A DNA stretch of 64,000 nt from Phoronis australis (Eukaryota; Animalia; Phoronida), in assembly GCA_002633005.1 (NCBI GenBank), contig NMRA01000506.1, positions 20,069-84,068 of the forward strand, written 5' to 3'. Shown here piece after piece: positions 1 through 13,152 of the stretch. A program made the position numbers and the translations under genes. Positions within the stretch are counted from its first letter, which is position 1, and every line of letters begins with the position of its first letter. Under the pieces are notes generated by a model that had not been told where the DNA came from, did not search any database, and was given only the letters and a program-made list of their open reading frames with translations.

Positions 1-175
1 ACACCATTGACTACATGCTCACACACCACCCCGCCATTGACTACATGCTCACACACTACCACACCATTGACTACATGCTCACACACCACCACACCATTGA
101 CTACATGCTCACACGCCACCACATCTTTGACTTAAGTGGTCAGACACCACCTTACCATTGACTATAATGCTCACA
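1..175. repeat. 30-bp minisatellite (ACACCATTGACTACATGCTCACACACCACC), copy A
   Basis: About 4-5 tandem units from position 1, running off the window edge; the same unit recurs at ~25160-25525. Confidence 0.9.
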
Positions 176-395
176 CGATTCTGTGCCTCTGAGAAAAAAG
201 AGTGTAACAAGAAATTTGGATCTTAAACAAACAAGAACACGACCTTTACAGTAATCCTTGAAAGAAACGACATTGCTATCCTTAGCCTTACCGTCCAAAG
301 AACTACTCTTTTCCCTTTTAAAGCAGGCATGGAAATGGTTAAACAATTTTAACCGTCGATTTGACTTCAGATAATTTAGACTTCTAAAATGCAGA

Positions 396-2712
396 CGGCT
401 AAATCGCAAACAAGGTCCATATTTGAGAGTTGACTGCGTTACGGTCTAAAATAATTTCTTTTTGGTTACTTACCAAATGCCAATTTAATCTCATTGTGCA
501 AGGAGTTATTTAGTTGTGCAAATGTCATCAAAATCGACAATGCTTGAGAAATTTATGCATATTTTTGAATTTCATGCATTTTTAGCGTTACGAGTGCCCA
601 CTTTAAAAATAACAATTTTCAACTGCCAAGAGTAGAAAAGAAATTTATTTTATTAAGAAATCAATTGTTTAGATATGACTGGGAATGACTTGAGTTACTT
701 TCAGAGTCAATTAGATGAAGTTGTGCCTAGCGACTGAGAAATAGTAGGGTTCATCATAAAACAGGCACTCGTTACGAAATTTGTGAATTCTCTTCACACT
801 CTGTAACGAAAAGAACTGCAAAATATATCAGCCTAGGCAACACAGCAAATTATTCAATATCTAAACAAACCAAAAGTTTCGATATTGAATGGGTTCTACT
901 GTGTTGAAAATGGGCCTAAAAGGCTAAGAAAATGTAGTGTACGTACCCCCATGTGGAATTCAGTAATACAAATGGTCATTGCAAGTAATTATTGCCTTTT
1001 AAATAACATCATGGTGCTTATTATCATCAAAGAAAAATAAATGGCCATACAACATTATGTTACCATGTGTTGCAGAAACAGTGATGTAGTGTACGTACCC
1101 CCTTTTGTAGGGTACGTACCCCCATGATTAGAAATGTCATGAAATTAATATATCACTTGGTAAGTGAGCAACATTGGTCATAGACAGTTTCCTTCCTTAA
1201 AAATGTTAGGTTAAAAGAGTGTTTATTGCCAATACATTTGTTTTGAGTAAAATATTAGCATTTGTGTAGTGTACGTACACCCATATTTTAATTTGTGCCT
1301 ATTTTGAAAGTATGGCAGATATGCCCATGAATCCTGTGCTTTTTATTTTTTCTCTTTGAATTGATTTAGTAAATCAACTAACTCTCAGTAGATTCTTATA
1401 ATTTAGTTACAAACCTGACATGTCATTGAAATGTAGTGTATGTACCCCTATAAATACCCTATAAATACCATGAAACAAAAATATTACACGGTAAATAAGC
1501 AACACTTGTCACAGACAGCTTCCTCCATTAAAAATGCTAGGTTAAAAGGGTGTTAATTATAAATACATTTGTTTTGAGTGAAATATTAGAATTTGTTTAG
1601 TGTACGTACCGCTATGTTTTAACATGTGCCTGTTTTCAAAGAATGACAGACAGATATGCACATGACTGCATGCTGTACTATTTATTTGTTCTCTTTGAAT
1701 AGTGGTGAATGAACTAACTCTCAGTAATTTTAATTATTTTTATCAAACTGAACAGTCATTGAAATGTAGTGTACGTACCCCTGTGTAGTGTACGTACATT
1801 CAACCTCTTTGCTATAAAGTATTGCCCACAACAATTTTTACATACAGCTGCTGTTCTCATGAACAATACTGATATTTCCAAAATGAATACAGTCTGACAA
1901 AAAAACAATGTACATTATCAAATTTGTGGACAATAAAATGCCACACAGGACTTGGCTAGTACTGAAAATCCTACAAGACAAGACAAGTCACGTCATGTGA
2001 CAACTGATGTTGCAGAGGAAGGTTCTCTATCTTTCAATACAACTTCAACTTGCAACAAACCAACAAGTAGAGGCAGCACAAAACTCGAGACCATCCCATA
2101 CATTTGTAACTTAGTCAAAATTTGACGTTGATTGACTGTGCGTAGTGTACGTACCCCCCAACCAGTACCATTTTTTACTGTTCACAAGAGGAACACTAGG
2201 CCTAGCATTACTTTAACTATTTTGACCAACTGGTGAATGTATTGAAAACTAGGCAAATAGCACCAATAAAGTTTTTGAAAAAGTAGTTACTTGTCATTTT
2301 CTTTTTGGAAAGAATCATACTGCTAGAGAAGGAAGTTCTCATTATACTGTGTTAAAATATGCAATGTATCATCGTCTAGAACACCTTGATCAGCACGGTA
2401 ATACCTTTTCTTATTTTAGTGCATGATACTTCTTCAATTTAATCAAAAACTTATTAAATTAACAGCTACCTTGTGAATTTTTGCATGGTAGAAGTGGGTT
2501 GTGACCACAAGTTGTAGTGTACGTACCCTTTTATACAACTGCGATGCATTAGGCCATAAAATTTTATTCGGTGGTTCTTGTGCAAAAATATTTTAGATTA
2601 CAAACCTGGAATGGTGGTACTTGAAAATAACCCAGCTTTTACAGTTATATGACAACCTTCATTTTTCACCAAAAGTGGCCACCGAATATGGACCTTGATT
2701 GTGATTTGGCCG
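396..2712. mobile_element. Non-autonomous DNA transposon, Academ-like
   Basis: Imperfect ~28-bp TIRs: CGGCTAAATCGCAAACAAGGTCCATATT at 396 vs reverse complement of the 2712 end, CGGCCAAATCACAATCAAGGTCCATATT. 3-bp TSD AGA at 393-395 and 2713-2715. About 10 internal copies of TGTAGTGTACGTACCCC, an internal ~300-bp duplication and no transposase ORF. Superfamily is inferred from YR..YR termini and the 3-bp TSD. Confidence 0.7.
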
Positions 2713-3010
2713 AGAATCACTGATGGAACTTGCCTCCAACCAAAATTTGAGGAAAACTGTTGTGCAGTCTTTATATATTAATGTATGCCAAAACAATTGT
2801 ATAGTCGTCATATATTACTGTATGCCAAAATTGCACCAATGCTGTTTAACGAACCTACTAGTACTTTACAAACTGGATGACAAATAAACTTTTCTAACCT
2901 TAGTATGATTAAGAAGTGTGGTTGTCTACAAGATGTAACGAGAACACGGGCATATGATGGCTCGTGAGAATCTTTGTAATTTCACTTGAACTGTTGTTCA
3001 TAATTTTCAG

Positions 3011-4752
3011 CAGATTCAGTTGGCAGTGGGGACACTGTGGATGCCAGACTGGGGTTTGGCAAGGGCTCAAGGTATGTTGTCAGATCCTCAGATGCTCCTC
3101 ATAATTATTAACCCAAATGATTGATGCGGAAAACTCTAGATTTTAAAGGAATTCCCGTGACTTATGAAAACCTGTCAAATATGCATCATTTATTCCCCAT
3201 TTCCTGTACTGTGATGTGCAAACAACTTAAGAGATTGATTCATAAATACATAATTTCTGTAGCCACAAATTTTCCTTGTAGAATCACCTTAGCCTACCCT
3301 TGTAGAATCACTTTAGCCTACCCTTGTAGAATCACTTTAGCCTACCCTTGTAGAATCACCTTAGCCTACCCTTGTAGAATCACTTTAGCCTACCCTTGTA
3401 GAATCACCTTAGCCTACCCTTGTAGAATCACTTTAGCCTATCAAAGCGAAACTAGTGTGGGTGCGAGGGGTGGGTCCCGCAATTCACAGAAAGTTTTTGA
3501 ATCCATCAATTCAGTTGTCTCAAAAAGAGGGCTCCGCTCATAGCATAACATCAACTTGCCAAATGTGACCTGGATTTACATATAGTACTAAGATCTGCGG
3601 TTAAAAATCTTCAAGTTGGGAGAGTGTAAAAGTAGTTAGTTTTCCGTAAGCTGGAGTTTGTGCCAAATTTTAGAAATAGGTAATATTAGTCATTCCAAAT
3701 TCAAGAATTATGATCAATGACACGATCGATAACCTTTATGTTTCACATTGTGGGATTAACGAAGAATTGCGTCATCAGCTATTTTGGCAATTTTTTTAAT
3801 TGTATCTATTTTCAGATTTAGAAGACCTATATATAACGCAGTATCTGATATTTGAGAAATGTAGTTAACACCATAATAGCCTAGGTCCAAATCTTAAGAA
3901 TCAAGAAAATTCAGTTTCAATTTAAATTTCGGTTTTGGGAGGTTCTCTATAAATACATTACGTTGTGTCATAGTTCTCTATAGATACATTAGGTTCTTTC
4001 TGTCTACTGAAGTTTTGCTACCCGCACTTTCATGGAGCGCAAACCTCAGGGGAAAACAAAGTATAAACGTTTTGCTTATATGATACAGTAGTCATGGTCT
4101 GTTGTGTGTTTACATAGCTGGGTGAGAGTGGTTTCCCGTTGTGTGAAAGATGCCATGTGTAAGTACTAAATGGAAAAACTTTGATGGGTACATAACAACC
4201 TGTGATATTATCTAGTCTAACTCAAATGTTGAGAAAAACACCAGGAATCATATGGATGTGAAAAACTTTATTAACACTACCCTAGCATTTTTTGTCAATA
4301 CAACTTCAACTTGCAACAAACCAACAAGTAGAGGCAGCACAAAACTCGAGACCATCCAGACTTTCTGTTCAATTGTGTGTAGGCCTAGTTTCGACAAATT
4401 GGTTACTTCTCATCGTTTAATTCTGATAGTGCTTGCTTACAGGTGATTTATATGCTTGTTTCTGTGAATTCACCTTTTTCCTCATGTAACAGTTCTTACA
4501 GTGTTGCGGTCCGGGTCAGTAGTTCTACCTCACTGGAGGCAAGGAAAGTGGCGTCAACTGTCCCAGAAGACGAATACAACATGACGTAACCAAACAGAGG
4601 TTACGCTCTCATTATGAACAACAGGAAGTTCTACCCTCACATCCATGCGGGTGATGCGGCCAATCTTTATCAAACTTTTCAGATGTTGGTGTTTGAAGTA
4701 GTTCGCAAAGACAACTTGACTGTTCGAGAAATGTTGAATTTAGCCTACGACT
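3011..4752 (+). pseudogene. Truncated caspase-3/7 pseudogene (two exons)
   Basis: Exons 3011-3071 (DSVGSGDTVDARLGFGKGS) and 4493-4752 keep their splice sites. In-frame TAA at 4587-4589 (TAT in the intact copy) and a 21-nt deletion removing the ERNGTDR segment. No SHG or QACRG exons were found downstream. Confidence 0.85.
3274..3440. repeat. 24-bp minisatellite (CCTTGTAGAATCAC[C/T]TTAGCCTAC) x7
   Basis: Seven tandem units; only two units at the paralogous site (~27152-27198). Confidence 0.9.
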
Positions 4753-7639
4753 GTAAGTCAGGTTTACATGTCCACAATTGCTCATATGTGTTCTAGAGTG
4801 TAACTTTGTTGCTGTTCTTTTCCTTCAATGTCATTATGATGTTCTGTGAATGTTGTTCTTGTATCTTATAGATGATGTTGTAATTTTTCAACTATTCGAA
4901 ATTTTTGCCATTCATAAAAATTGCAACCTATGAGTGCAATGTGAATTTAAAATGACAAAATATCCTTAAAGAAAGTTCTGTGGTAGGAATGGTTGTGCGT
5001 AAATGACCGTCCTGTGTCCAGTGCATTCTGTGCTAAAGCCTATCACTGAGTGCGTGATTCAGGTTATTTATTGTTCAAGTGAGATACGTCCTAAGTTCAC
5101 GGGCCTTTTTTACGGGTTTTTATTTTGACTTACGAATCATCTGTTGGTGCATTACAAATATTTTTCCAACAATTACACAATTTATTTGTGAAGGAGGCAA
5201 AGTTAAGGTACCCTCATGTCCCTCAGAGTGACACATTTTCATAGAAGAAACTTGCCCACCACCTGCAGCATTTGGAGAGTTGAAGTAGGCTCATAGCAGT
5301 GATAAACTTTCTCTACTTGTACCTGTCGCCATATTCGACTTGAAGGTCACACATTTTTCAGTCCTGTTGCAACCTTATATTGCCGGATTTTGTTGTTCAA
5401 ATTTAAAAGGGGACTGTGGTCAAACTAATGTTGCAGTTAATTGGTTCCAACATACAAATAAAGCTCACATTTGCCCGACTTGCGCGCCAAACAAAAGTCT
5501 ATTCGTATTCATGGTCAAAACACTTAATCCTGAAAGCGGTCACTGATTGGCTGATGTGTCAGTGATGTGAATGGCAGGGTATCCGCTCCTTTTCACATTC
5601 ATAGCTTTTGTCATATTTTGAAGAGTTTACATCGTAATTTATAATTGTATCAATCGTCCTTATTTTTCTTGTTTGCCATAGTGCTGTAAAAGCTTCGACA
5701 TGCCTTTTTGCATGGCACCTGGTTGTTCAAACTCTTCGAAAAAGGTGTTTTCTAATGGGATGGTCATTGCATACCATGAATGGGTTACCCAAGCCTTGGC
5801 GCAAAGCTGTATACTAAACATAGGCCTACAGGTTGTGCCGATATGGGTAAAAAATGGACAAATAAAATCTGACTGAACTAATGTCATTAAAACTAATCTC
5901 ATCCTTCAGTAAACCTAAGAACCAGGTTTCTACAGTAAATTAACTTCAGTATTTACCGGTGTTGGAAAAGTTAGCTATCGTTAATCGGCCGCTCCTAAAA
6001 TTTTTGCATTCTCTTGAGTCGGCTTTTTGCGATTACGTCAGTTTCCTGTCCCCCCGATTCTTTTATCAACTGTTCTTCGCTGCCGGCACCTAGGTTGTGT
6101 ACATGTCAAACAAATTATCGGAACTTGTTTCATTTCATTACAAGTTTGTAGTATTTTTATACCAGCAAACCGAATTTTAGAGCCAACCTAAATTTTTAGG
6201 AAATGGTGCCTGCGCCGTGTCACGAGCATGCTGTTTTTGAAACAGACGACACATTTCTTTGTTACAAAGGCTTGAAATATACTTTACAGTAAAATATCCC
6301 AATTTGTTCTCTGACCAGTACCGGCACACCGAACCTAACGCATAAACGGACAAAGTGGCCAAAAACAGTGTGACAAATAAACAAGCCAACAGACGGCGGG
6401 CCAACACTGGAGTATTCGAACTAACGCACGCGTGGTGATTTAGAAAAACCATGGACTTGTATGGTTGGTTTTACAAAATATGAATTATAGCGAGATTTGG
6501 GCCGCAGTCTAACCGGCTGTGCAACAGGACTGGCGTCTGTCTAGGTGTGCTCCCGTGCAGCCATCACTCGGTGAATTTGAAAGTTCAAAACCAGGAAGGT
6601 AAACAGTATTGGAAAGCAAAGACCAGTACGCAAAATTCTGCTCCTTGCCTCCGTCGCTTTGCCCCCTCCCGTAATTTCACGAACTCCACAATATTCCTCA
6701 TCGCCAATTTCACACCGTGGCATTTTATATTCCTGTGAGTTATTGTAGAGCACATTCGCTCCCCTCTATTCCTTTTATTGTACGCCGGTCCTATAAAATG
6801 TGCTGTACTCTTTTAGACAATTATCACGAAGGAACCAAATTCAGTAATCTGAAAAGTCACCCTTTCGGCACCAACAGCATGTAGGGGCGATTTTTCCCAA
6901 GCAATCTTTGTGTAACAAGTTTATTTTTAATTGAAATTAGCCACCTTTTCAACAGTATTTTTTTCAATGACAAATTCTGAATAGAACATGAAGCCTCTTT
7001 CAATTTTGCTGGCGAAAAGTGTCCTCCTTTTTCATGAGCTCGCGGTATGCCCATCAAGTGAAACCTTAACTCGGGACTATTAAAATCGAGAAAATATCTT
7101 TTTGTTGCTATAGACCGTGAAAAATCCACACACACTTTGAGTGGCATGCAACCCGAATAAGTCACATTTGTAAATCGCTAAGTCATTGACATGCTGAAAC
7201 GTATTTAAGCATGAAAAGAACATTGGAAAATAGCCGAATTGAAGTTCCACATATTGAATCACTGAGACATGAACTATAACGTATAAGTCATATTAAAAGT
7301 TGGCGATCCCATGTCAGTCCCGCCGACTTCTCTTCTAGAAAAGTGCGATGGCTACTACTTTAGGCTAAAAGTTCTGCAGTTGGTAAAACTGATTTGCATT
7401 TATGTTAGCAGCATTTTTTTTTTCATGCATCCCGTGTACTGTGTGTCGCATTCATTTGCCGATCTATTTGCTTCATGTTAACCTTGTAACGATAACTGAG
7501 CCGATGAATGAGCAGGCTGACCCACATATTTCACTGTGTAAAGAAAATATCCGATAATAATATATGTCCATCATGAAACTATTTATGTAACTTGGAACGT
7601 TCTAGAATACTGCGACTGATGCAATCTTTCAGATTTGTT

Positions 7640-7830
7640 TCGTTGACGTGTTCAAAATGCCCTGCGCATATGCCTGGATCGGCATATAAACCGCTGCGAC
7701 ATCATAGACACGGCCGTGCATGGACCGTACCGGTCACCGGCTTAAGTACTAGCGCCTAGTGAATATGTGTTTAATAAATACGGTAATAGTACGTGGACGA
7801 CCGTTCTCATCTTTGATTTATTGACGTCAC
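7640..7830 (+). promoter_or_regulatory. Candidate promoter/5' UTR of the bZIP gene
   Basis: TATAAA at 7685-7690, CRE half-site TGACGT near 7644, and full CRE TGACGTCA at 7822-7829 just before the ATG at 7835. Confidence 0.45.
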
Positions 7831-7834
7831 GTTG

Positions 7835-10800
7835 ATGGAGGTTCCTGCAACAGCGAATAATTTTGGTGGTTTTCCGCCGTTTCTACGTGCCTCTTTGGTG
7901 CATAAAAATTATCCACTTGCGGTTCTCAGCGAGAGCTCCTCGCGCTTGTCTAGCCGGGTCTTTCAACCAGGTGACGGCGCCTCGACGTCGATCGAACAGG
8001 ACAAGTCTCAAACTGAAAGTGTTGCTTCCTTGATAAACTCACAGGTATGTTGCGTACATTTATCGGATCTTAGTGTACGTCCGATCACCCGGGCAATTCC
8101 CTTCCGGCCGGGCTGATTTAATTGCATAAGGCAAATAGTCCGGCTAAACAGTCCATGCTTCCAGGTTAGAACAAAAGGTGTTTGCAGAGACTTAGTTCAC
8201 GGCGGTCTGTGAATGCCGTGTTTTATAAGCTGTAACTGGGCTCCTGGCTAGTTGACTGCGGCGTGACGACGGTGAACCGAATGCCAGTTTTGACCTCCGG
8301 TGGGCAATTTGCACTTAGTTACAGCCTGGGGGATTTTCTAATATTAAGTCAGCTGGTCAACTGCGGTTTATCGAAATACAAACGTATCTGGCGATCAGCT
8401 GATCAGGATGATGAAATATCCCGGCGATCAGCTGATGAAATAAGTGGGTTAAATTAGTTCTATTGGAAACCGAAAGAGTGCGCCGTGTACTCGGGTCTCG
8501 TACTTCAAGCAGTAAACACTCCGGCCTTCCTTTGATTACTCGAGGTGGAGGCACGTCATTGGAAGTTTCTTTAGACATGAGACATGGCGAAGAAAATGGT
8601 TAGCATGAATTGACAATGACTTTGGGAGATCCCTGCTCAAATTTCAGTCCGTGTCACGCTCTGTTATTGAAATGCTTTTCTTCGGCCCAGGCAGTCTCAG
8701 TACCTTTGAGTGAGATTCACCGTATTTCACTTGAACTTTCATCCATTTTGATTATTCACTGTTGCTTGCTCATTTATGTTGTTTTACGCCTGACTTCCCA
8801 TCACAGTGGCCATCCCCCCAAAAAAAATCTCCCAGTGTACATTTTGGCAATCAGGGGCCGCGAATGCTTGACGGCCTGACAAAGTCTTGGCTATTACTCT
8901 NNNNNNNNNNNNNCCCCCCCCCCCCCCCCCCAACTCAAAATCCTGGATCCGCCCCTGCATCAAATGATTTCTGCCAGTTGCAAACAAAAGAACTAAAATT
9001 AGCAGTCAATCCTTGGCTCGGCCGCTCGATGTGTCTGTCACGTGACAACATGTTTGCATTTCCAGGAAACAGTTTTTCTGAAGTTGTTCGGCTGACTGCA
9101 TAAGTTAATTACATGGAAAATTTGACTACTATTTCAAGAACCGACTGCTAATATAATAATATAGAGTACAGGGAAACCCCACGAGGAAAATAAAATGTGG
9201 AGCCAATGAATAATCGCTTTGATGGACCGTGTATTAACTTTTGACGTGAGCAATAAAACAATTAACCAGTTAAACTACCTGGGGGGTCTGTTCGGGTGTG
9301 TCGTGTACGGATGCCCAATAAGAACTCTGCCTTCTACGGCAATTTCGCTGTGAACGATTGCCTTGTCTTATTAAATTCCATATGAAAATGGGCATTTCAA
9401 AATTTAAAAATTCTCCTAAAGAGTTGGATGATCCGGTACAGATTCTCCTGAAGAGTTGGATGAGTCGGTACAGATTCTACAAAAGATGGTCATGTGCTAT
9501 TTTGTAAATATGAGCATTGTGTTTTCCCCGGAAATGGGCACGTCCAGTGTCAATAATTAATAATCAGGCTGCTTTACGTCAATTTCCAATAAAAATGTTT
9601 CCATTAAATTTGTCGATGGCTTTTTTCATAGAACTCCATGAGGTTAACGGGGCTGGTCCTGATTTCGCAGCTGCACAGCCGTCACAAAGTACTGAAGTAA
9701 CCCCGGTGTGCTCTCCCACGACATATGCTCATACCCGTTAACAGTGATCAGGTTTTTCCGCAGTGTCCAGTTTTCTTGGAAAGGAAGATGCAAATCATAT
9801 CAGTTAGCCAATATTGACCGCCTGTTGTGTTTCCTGATTGGTTTGTTGCATCTTTCACCGCCTGTGGTGTTTCCTGATTGGTTTGTTGCATCTTTGACAC
9901 GCTTTCCTCGTGTGTCGCTGTAAATTGATGTAAAAGGCATTGAATTCATTAAGTTTTTGTAATTTTTGTTTATTTTTCTTTCAATTTTAGGATTTAGATA
10001 CAATTGAGGTGCTCACATAGATATTCCAACAACGGCTATAAAATTAATAAGTTGAATTTTAGGACGGAAAGGAAAATGAAATGAAAACTCCCAAACCCGT
10101 CATGATAACTCCCAAGCCCATTATGATAACAGCTTAACCAGTGAAAGAAAGCCTGGCCTCACGATTAGGCCAATAAGACTGCAGGAAATTCTTGGAAAAG
10201 CAACAAAATTTCCTGGCATCTACTCTCATCTGTATAACTTGGACTAGTGTGCGGTAAATCTAATAGACGTGTGTTTTAATCAGCTCTGGAATACAGCCCA
10301 TCTGTGTGCGATTCATTACTCAGTGTTCATTAAATCTTTGATTATTGATAATGGACATAGTGAATAATCAACCACAATGGCAGGTAGAAGTTAAAAAGCT
10401 TGCTTTTAATTTACAAAAACTTAATAATTCAAAACGTTTTCGTTCTTCATTATTTGTTGTTGATGGAAACTACTCTCCTTTTTAGGAAACTACAGATGAT
10501 TCGAAAATTGCTCGTCGTAGATACCTGAATAAATTGGCAGCACAGAGATGTAGAGATAAAAAGAAAATTCAAGCTGATCAACTTAAAACGGTAATTCTCC
10601 TATACTTTAACAACGTTTGCTTGTATAATTTAAATATATGTTATAAATTGCATAAATATCCCTCCACCTCCGGCTTTCTCAGCTTGTTTTGTTCCAAGTC
10701 ATTTGTTTTGTTTTGTTTTTCTTGATGTATCGTTTGTAGCCTCATTTTGTAATAACTTAGAATTATGCTTCATTGAAAATTACTAGACAAATATTGGAAT

Positions 10801-11196
10801 TAGGAAATTGAATGGTAGTGTTTCAAGTGTCGCTGGCTTTTTGGTGCTTCTATTTCGTTGCTCCAGTACTTTTATTTCAAACTTTTACATCTTCAATAGA
10901 GAAAGGCGTTGTTTTATTGATATATAAAAGTTTGAAATTCTTGTACAAAACTAGCAACGATTTTGCACTCCTCTAACTATTACTAATTCTAGGAGACCGA
11001 GAAATTGGAATGCCAAAATACCGCCCTGAAACATACCGTCAGAAAACTGGTCAAGCAAAAAGATGAACTAGTGTTCCTTTTAAAAACTCATGCTCAGACA
11101 TTTCATCCTGGTGAAGATATTCTGCGAAGTGTAAGCGACACTATGGCAAAGAACACAAGAAACCACTATAGAAATGGTGAAGACTGGCCGCATTGA
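7835..11196 (+). CDS. Fos/ATF3/BATF-family bZIP transcription factor, ~172 aa, 3 exons
   Basis: Exons 7835-8044, 10486-10590 and 10993-11196, all GT-AG and phase 0. Basic region RRRYLNKLAAQRCRDKKK, zipper QLKT|ETEKLECQNTALKHTVRKLVKQKDELVFLLKTH with terminal His. The intron before ET-x-x-LE matches the Fos/ATF3/BATF position. Exon 1 is less certain than exons 2-3. Confidence 0.85.
8804..8958. mobile_element. MITE fragment (CAGGGGCGGATCCAGG-type end)
   Basis: 3' end AAAATCCTGGATCCGCCCCTG after a poly-C run and N gap; a related element lies at 59331-59488. Confidence 0.4.
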
Positions 11197-13152
11197 TTTC
11201 ATGTTGTTATCTCAGGAACTACTGAATTATTAGGAGTGGGTTGTTTGTAAAGTCGGTTAGAATTTTGATAATCTATTTTAGGGTTACACAAAGTCAATTG
11301 TTACGTACGTGTAGTTTGTTGTGTATACGTGTGAACTTGCCAGAGTTCATAACTGATCGTGAGTAACTCACACTTCCAAAAAATGTTGGACTCGAATATA
11401 AATATTTTGCACCCCGGCAGGGGCGCCACGCTCGCTCCAGCCGCAGCAGGTACAAATGTTGTCTTTGTCTCAGAAAAGGCAGTGTGGTGACGTTTAAAGC
11501 GGCAGTAATCCACTTCCTGTCCAAGAAGCGAACTTTTGATTCCGACAACTCACTGGTATAAAGTTGGTCCCAGTTTATTGTTTAGTCAGATGAGAAATGA
11601 CTTCTAGGTTTGTAAAAACCTGGCATTTCGTTATTCGTTGATAACATAATGGCACGCCAAGCTAATTCAGAGCCTGCTCAAGCAATAACGAGCTGTCCGT
11701 TGTTTTGAAACCATGAAGTCACTTCTAATTTTATAAAAGAAAAAATTGAGACCAGTTTCAAAACGCTGTCTAAGACATAAGTTGTTTTTGAATGGAAGGC
11801 AGGTTCATTACCGCTTTCATAAAGGTAAAGTTGGAACAAACTGCGAAAAGTGGGAGTGATTATCTGGACTGCTGAGATCTGAGCCACTGTTAGAAAACTG
11901 GGATTGTTTCTCTGAAATGTGACTTTACACGACGTTTTTATACAGAGACTAAACGGAGATTTACTCGAAATTTTACTACTGGTTCTAAGTGTCCGAATAG
12001 ACTCGGCCTTACAAAAAACGCAGCGTTACATTTCCCAACGATACTTACGATCGTCTTTGATGTACAACTGGACTTAGGTCTTTGATAAAACGATTCCCTG
12101 ATGTGCGTTAAAATTGACTTCCAGTTTGTCAGTTTGCGTCTCAGTATCGATAACTGTGACTGCTGCATTCGACTTTTCAAGAGGTTTTGCTGTTTTGACG
12201 TCAAGAAATACTCGCTCAAACCTGATTAGTATTGGGTTTACCGGGCCATGCGCATAATTCTTGAGTGTGCTTAATACAGCGCAATATGCAATGCGTGCTT
12301 GGATGCTCGGATGTGGTATTGTAGGTTTTTTGAAAAATTTTCAGTCAATAATTGAATGAGCCCCTATGGAGCCCTGCAACTGTTGGCGATACAATCCAAA
12401 GCTATATTTGTGTAGAAGTTTGTGCTATTGATATTTATTTTATGTTTATTACTGTATCATTTTGTCTCGAAAATGCAACCTGTCTATCTCATTTTAAATT
12501 TTAATTAAATCCAATGGTATTGTTTTATTTAAATCTAATCGTATATACGTCAAGTAATAAAGATGCAAGTAACCATCAAGAGTTATCTCGTCATTGTTTA
12601 GTGACGTCATGGCTGATAACAGTCGACTTCATTACACGTGGGATAATTTTATTGTAGATAATGGGAGTAATGGGAGTGGTTTGCGTTGTATAAACACAGT
12701 TCCTTGTAAGTTTGTCGAGATCGAACAAGTATGGGAGCGTTCACAACATGCCACTTTTTACCCCTCCCCCCTCACCTGTAATCATGATATAAACCCTCTA
12801 ACCAACCTCATCACAGCCAACCCTACCCACTCCCAACTGACAGTTCGTAAGTGATCCTATCGTAGTCATTCTAATGACAAACCAAATTGCATTTTCCTCT
12901 CCTTTATTCTCCAGTGAAACAAAGAACACCAACCATCAAATCGTACTGTGATGCAGGTATTCTAATGAACCATGTGATGTCGTCAGCATGAGTCTACCCC
13001 CCCCCCCCCNCCAACCCTATCAAAAATTGCCATCTTTCCAACCTCATCCCCTTCAAGTGATGACGTAATATGTGAAATTCAATGCTCCCTATAGGCAAGG
13101 TGTCGCTATGCATTTACAAGAAAAGTTTCATTCGGAATATCTCGGTATTTTT

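Larger units (their letters stand above)
2780..5692 (+). repeat. Local segmental duplicate of the 5' part of the caspase gene (paralogous to ~26660-29416)
   Basis: Colinear high identity by eye through introns and exons; homology ends at ...GTGCTGTAAAAG (5692 / 29416). Confidence 0.9.

Noticed and set aside
933-2530. Repeated 17-mer with variable spacers, superficially CRISPR-like
   Set aside because: Spacing is irregular (20-370 bp), the spacers are themselves duplicated, the context is eukaryotic, no cas genes are present, and it lies inside a TIR element.
3121-3543. ORF with PCRITLAY repeats
   Set aside because: Produced by a 24-bp intronic minisatellite; the paralogous ORF is shorter and ends differently.
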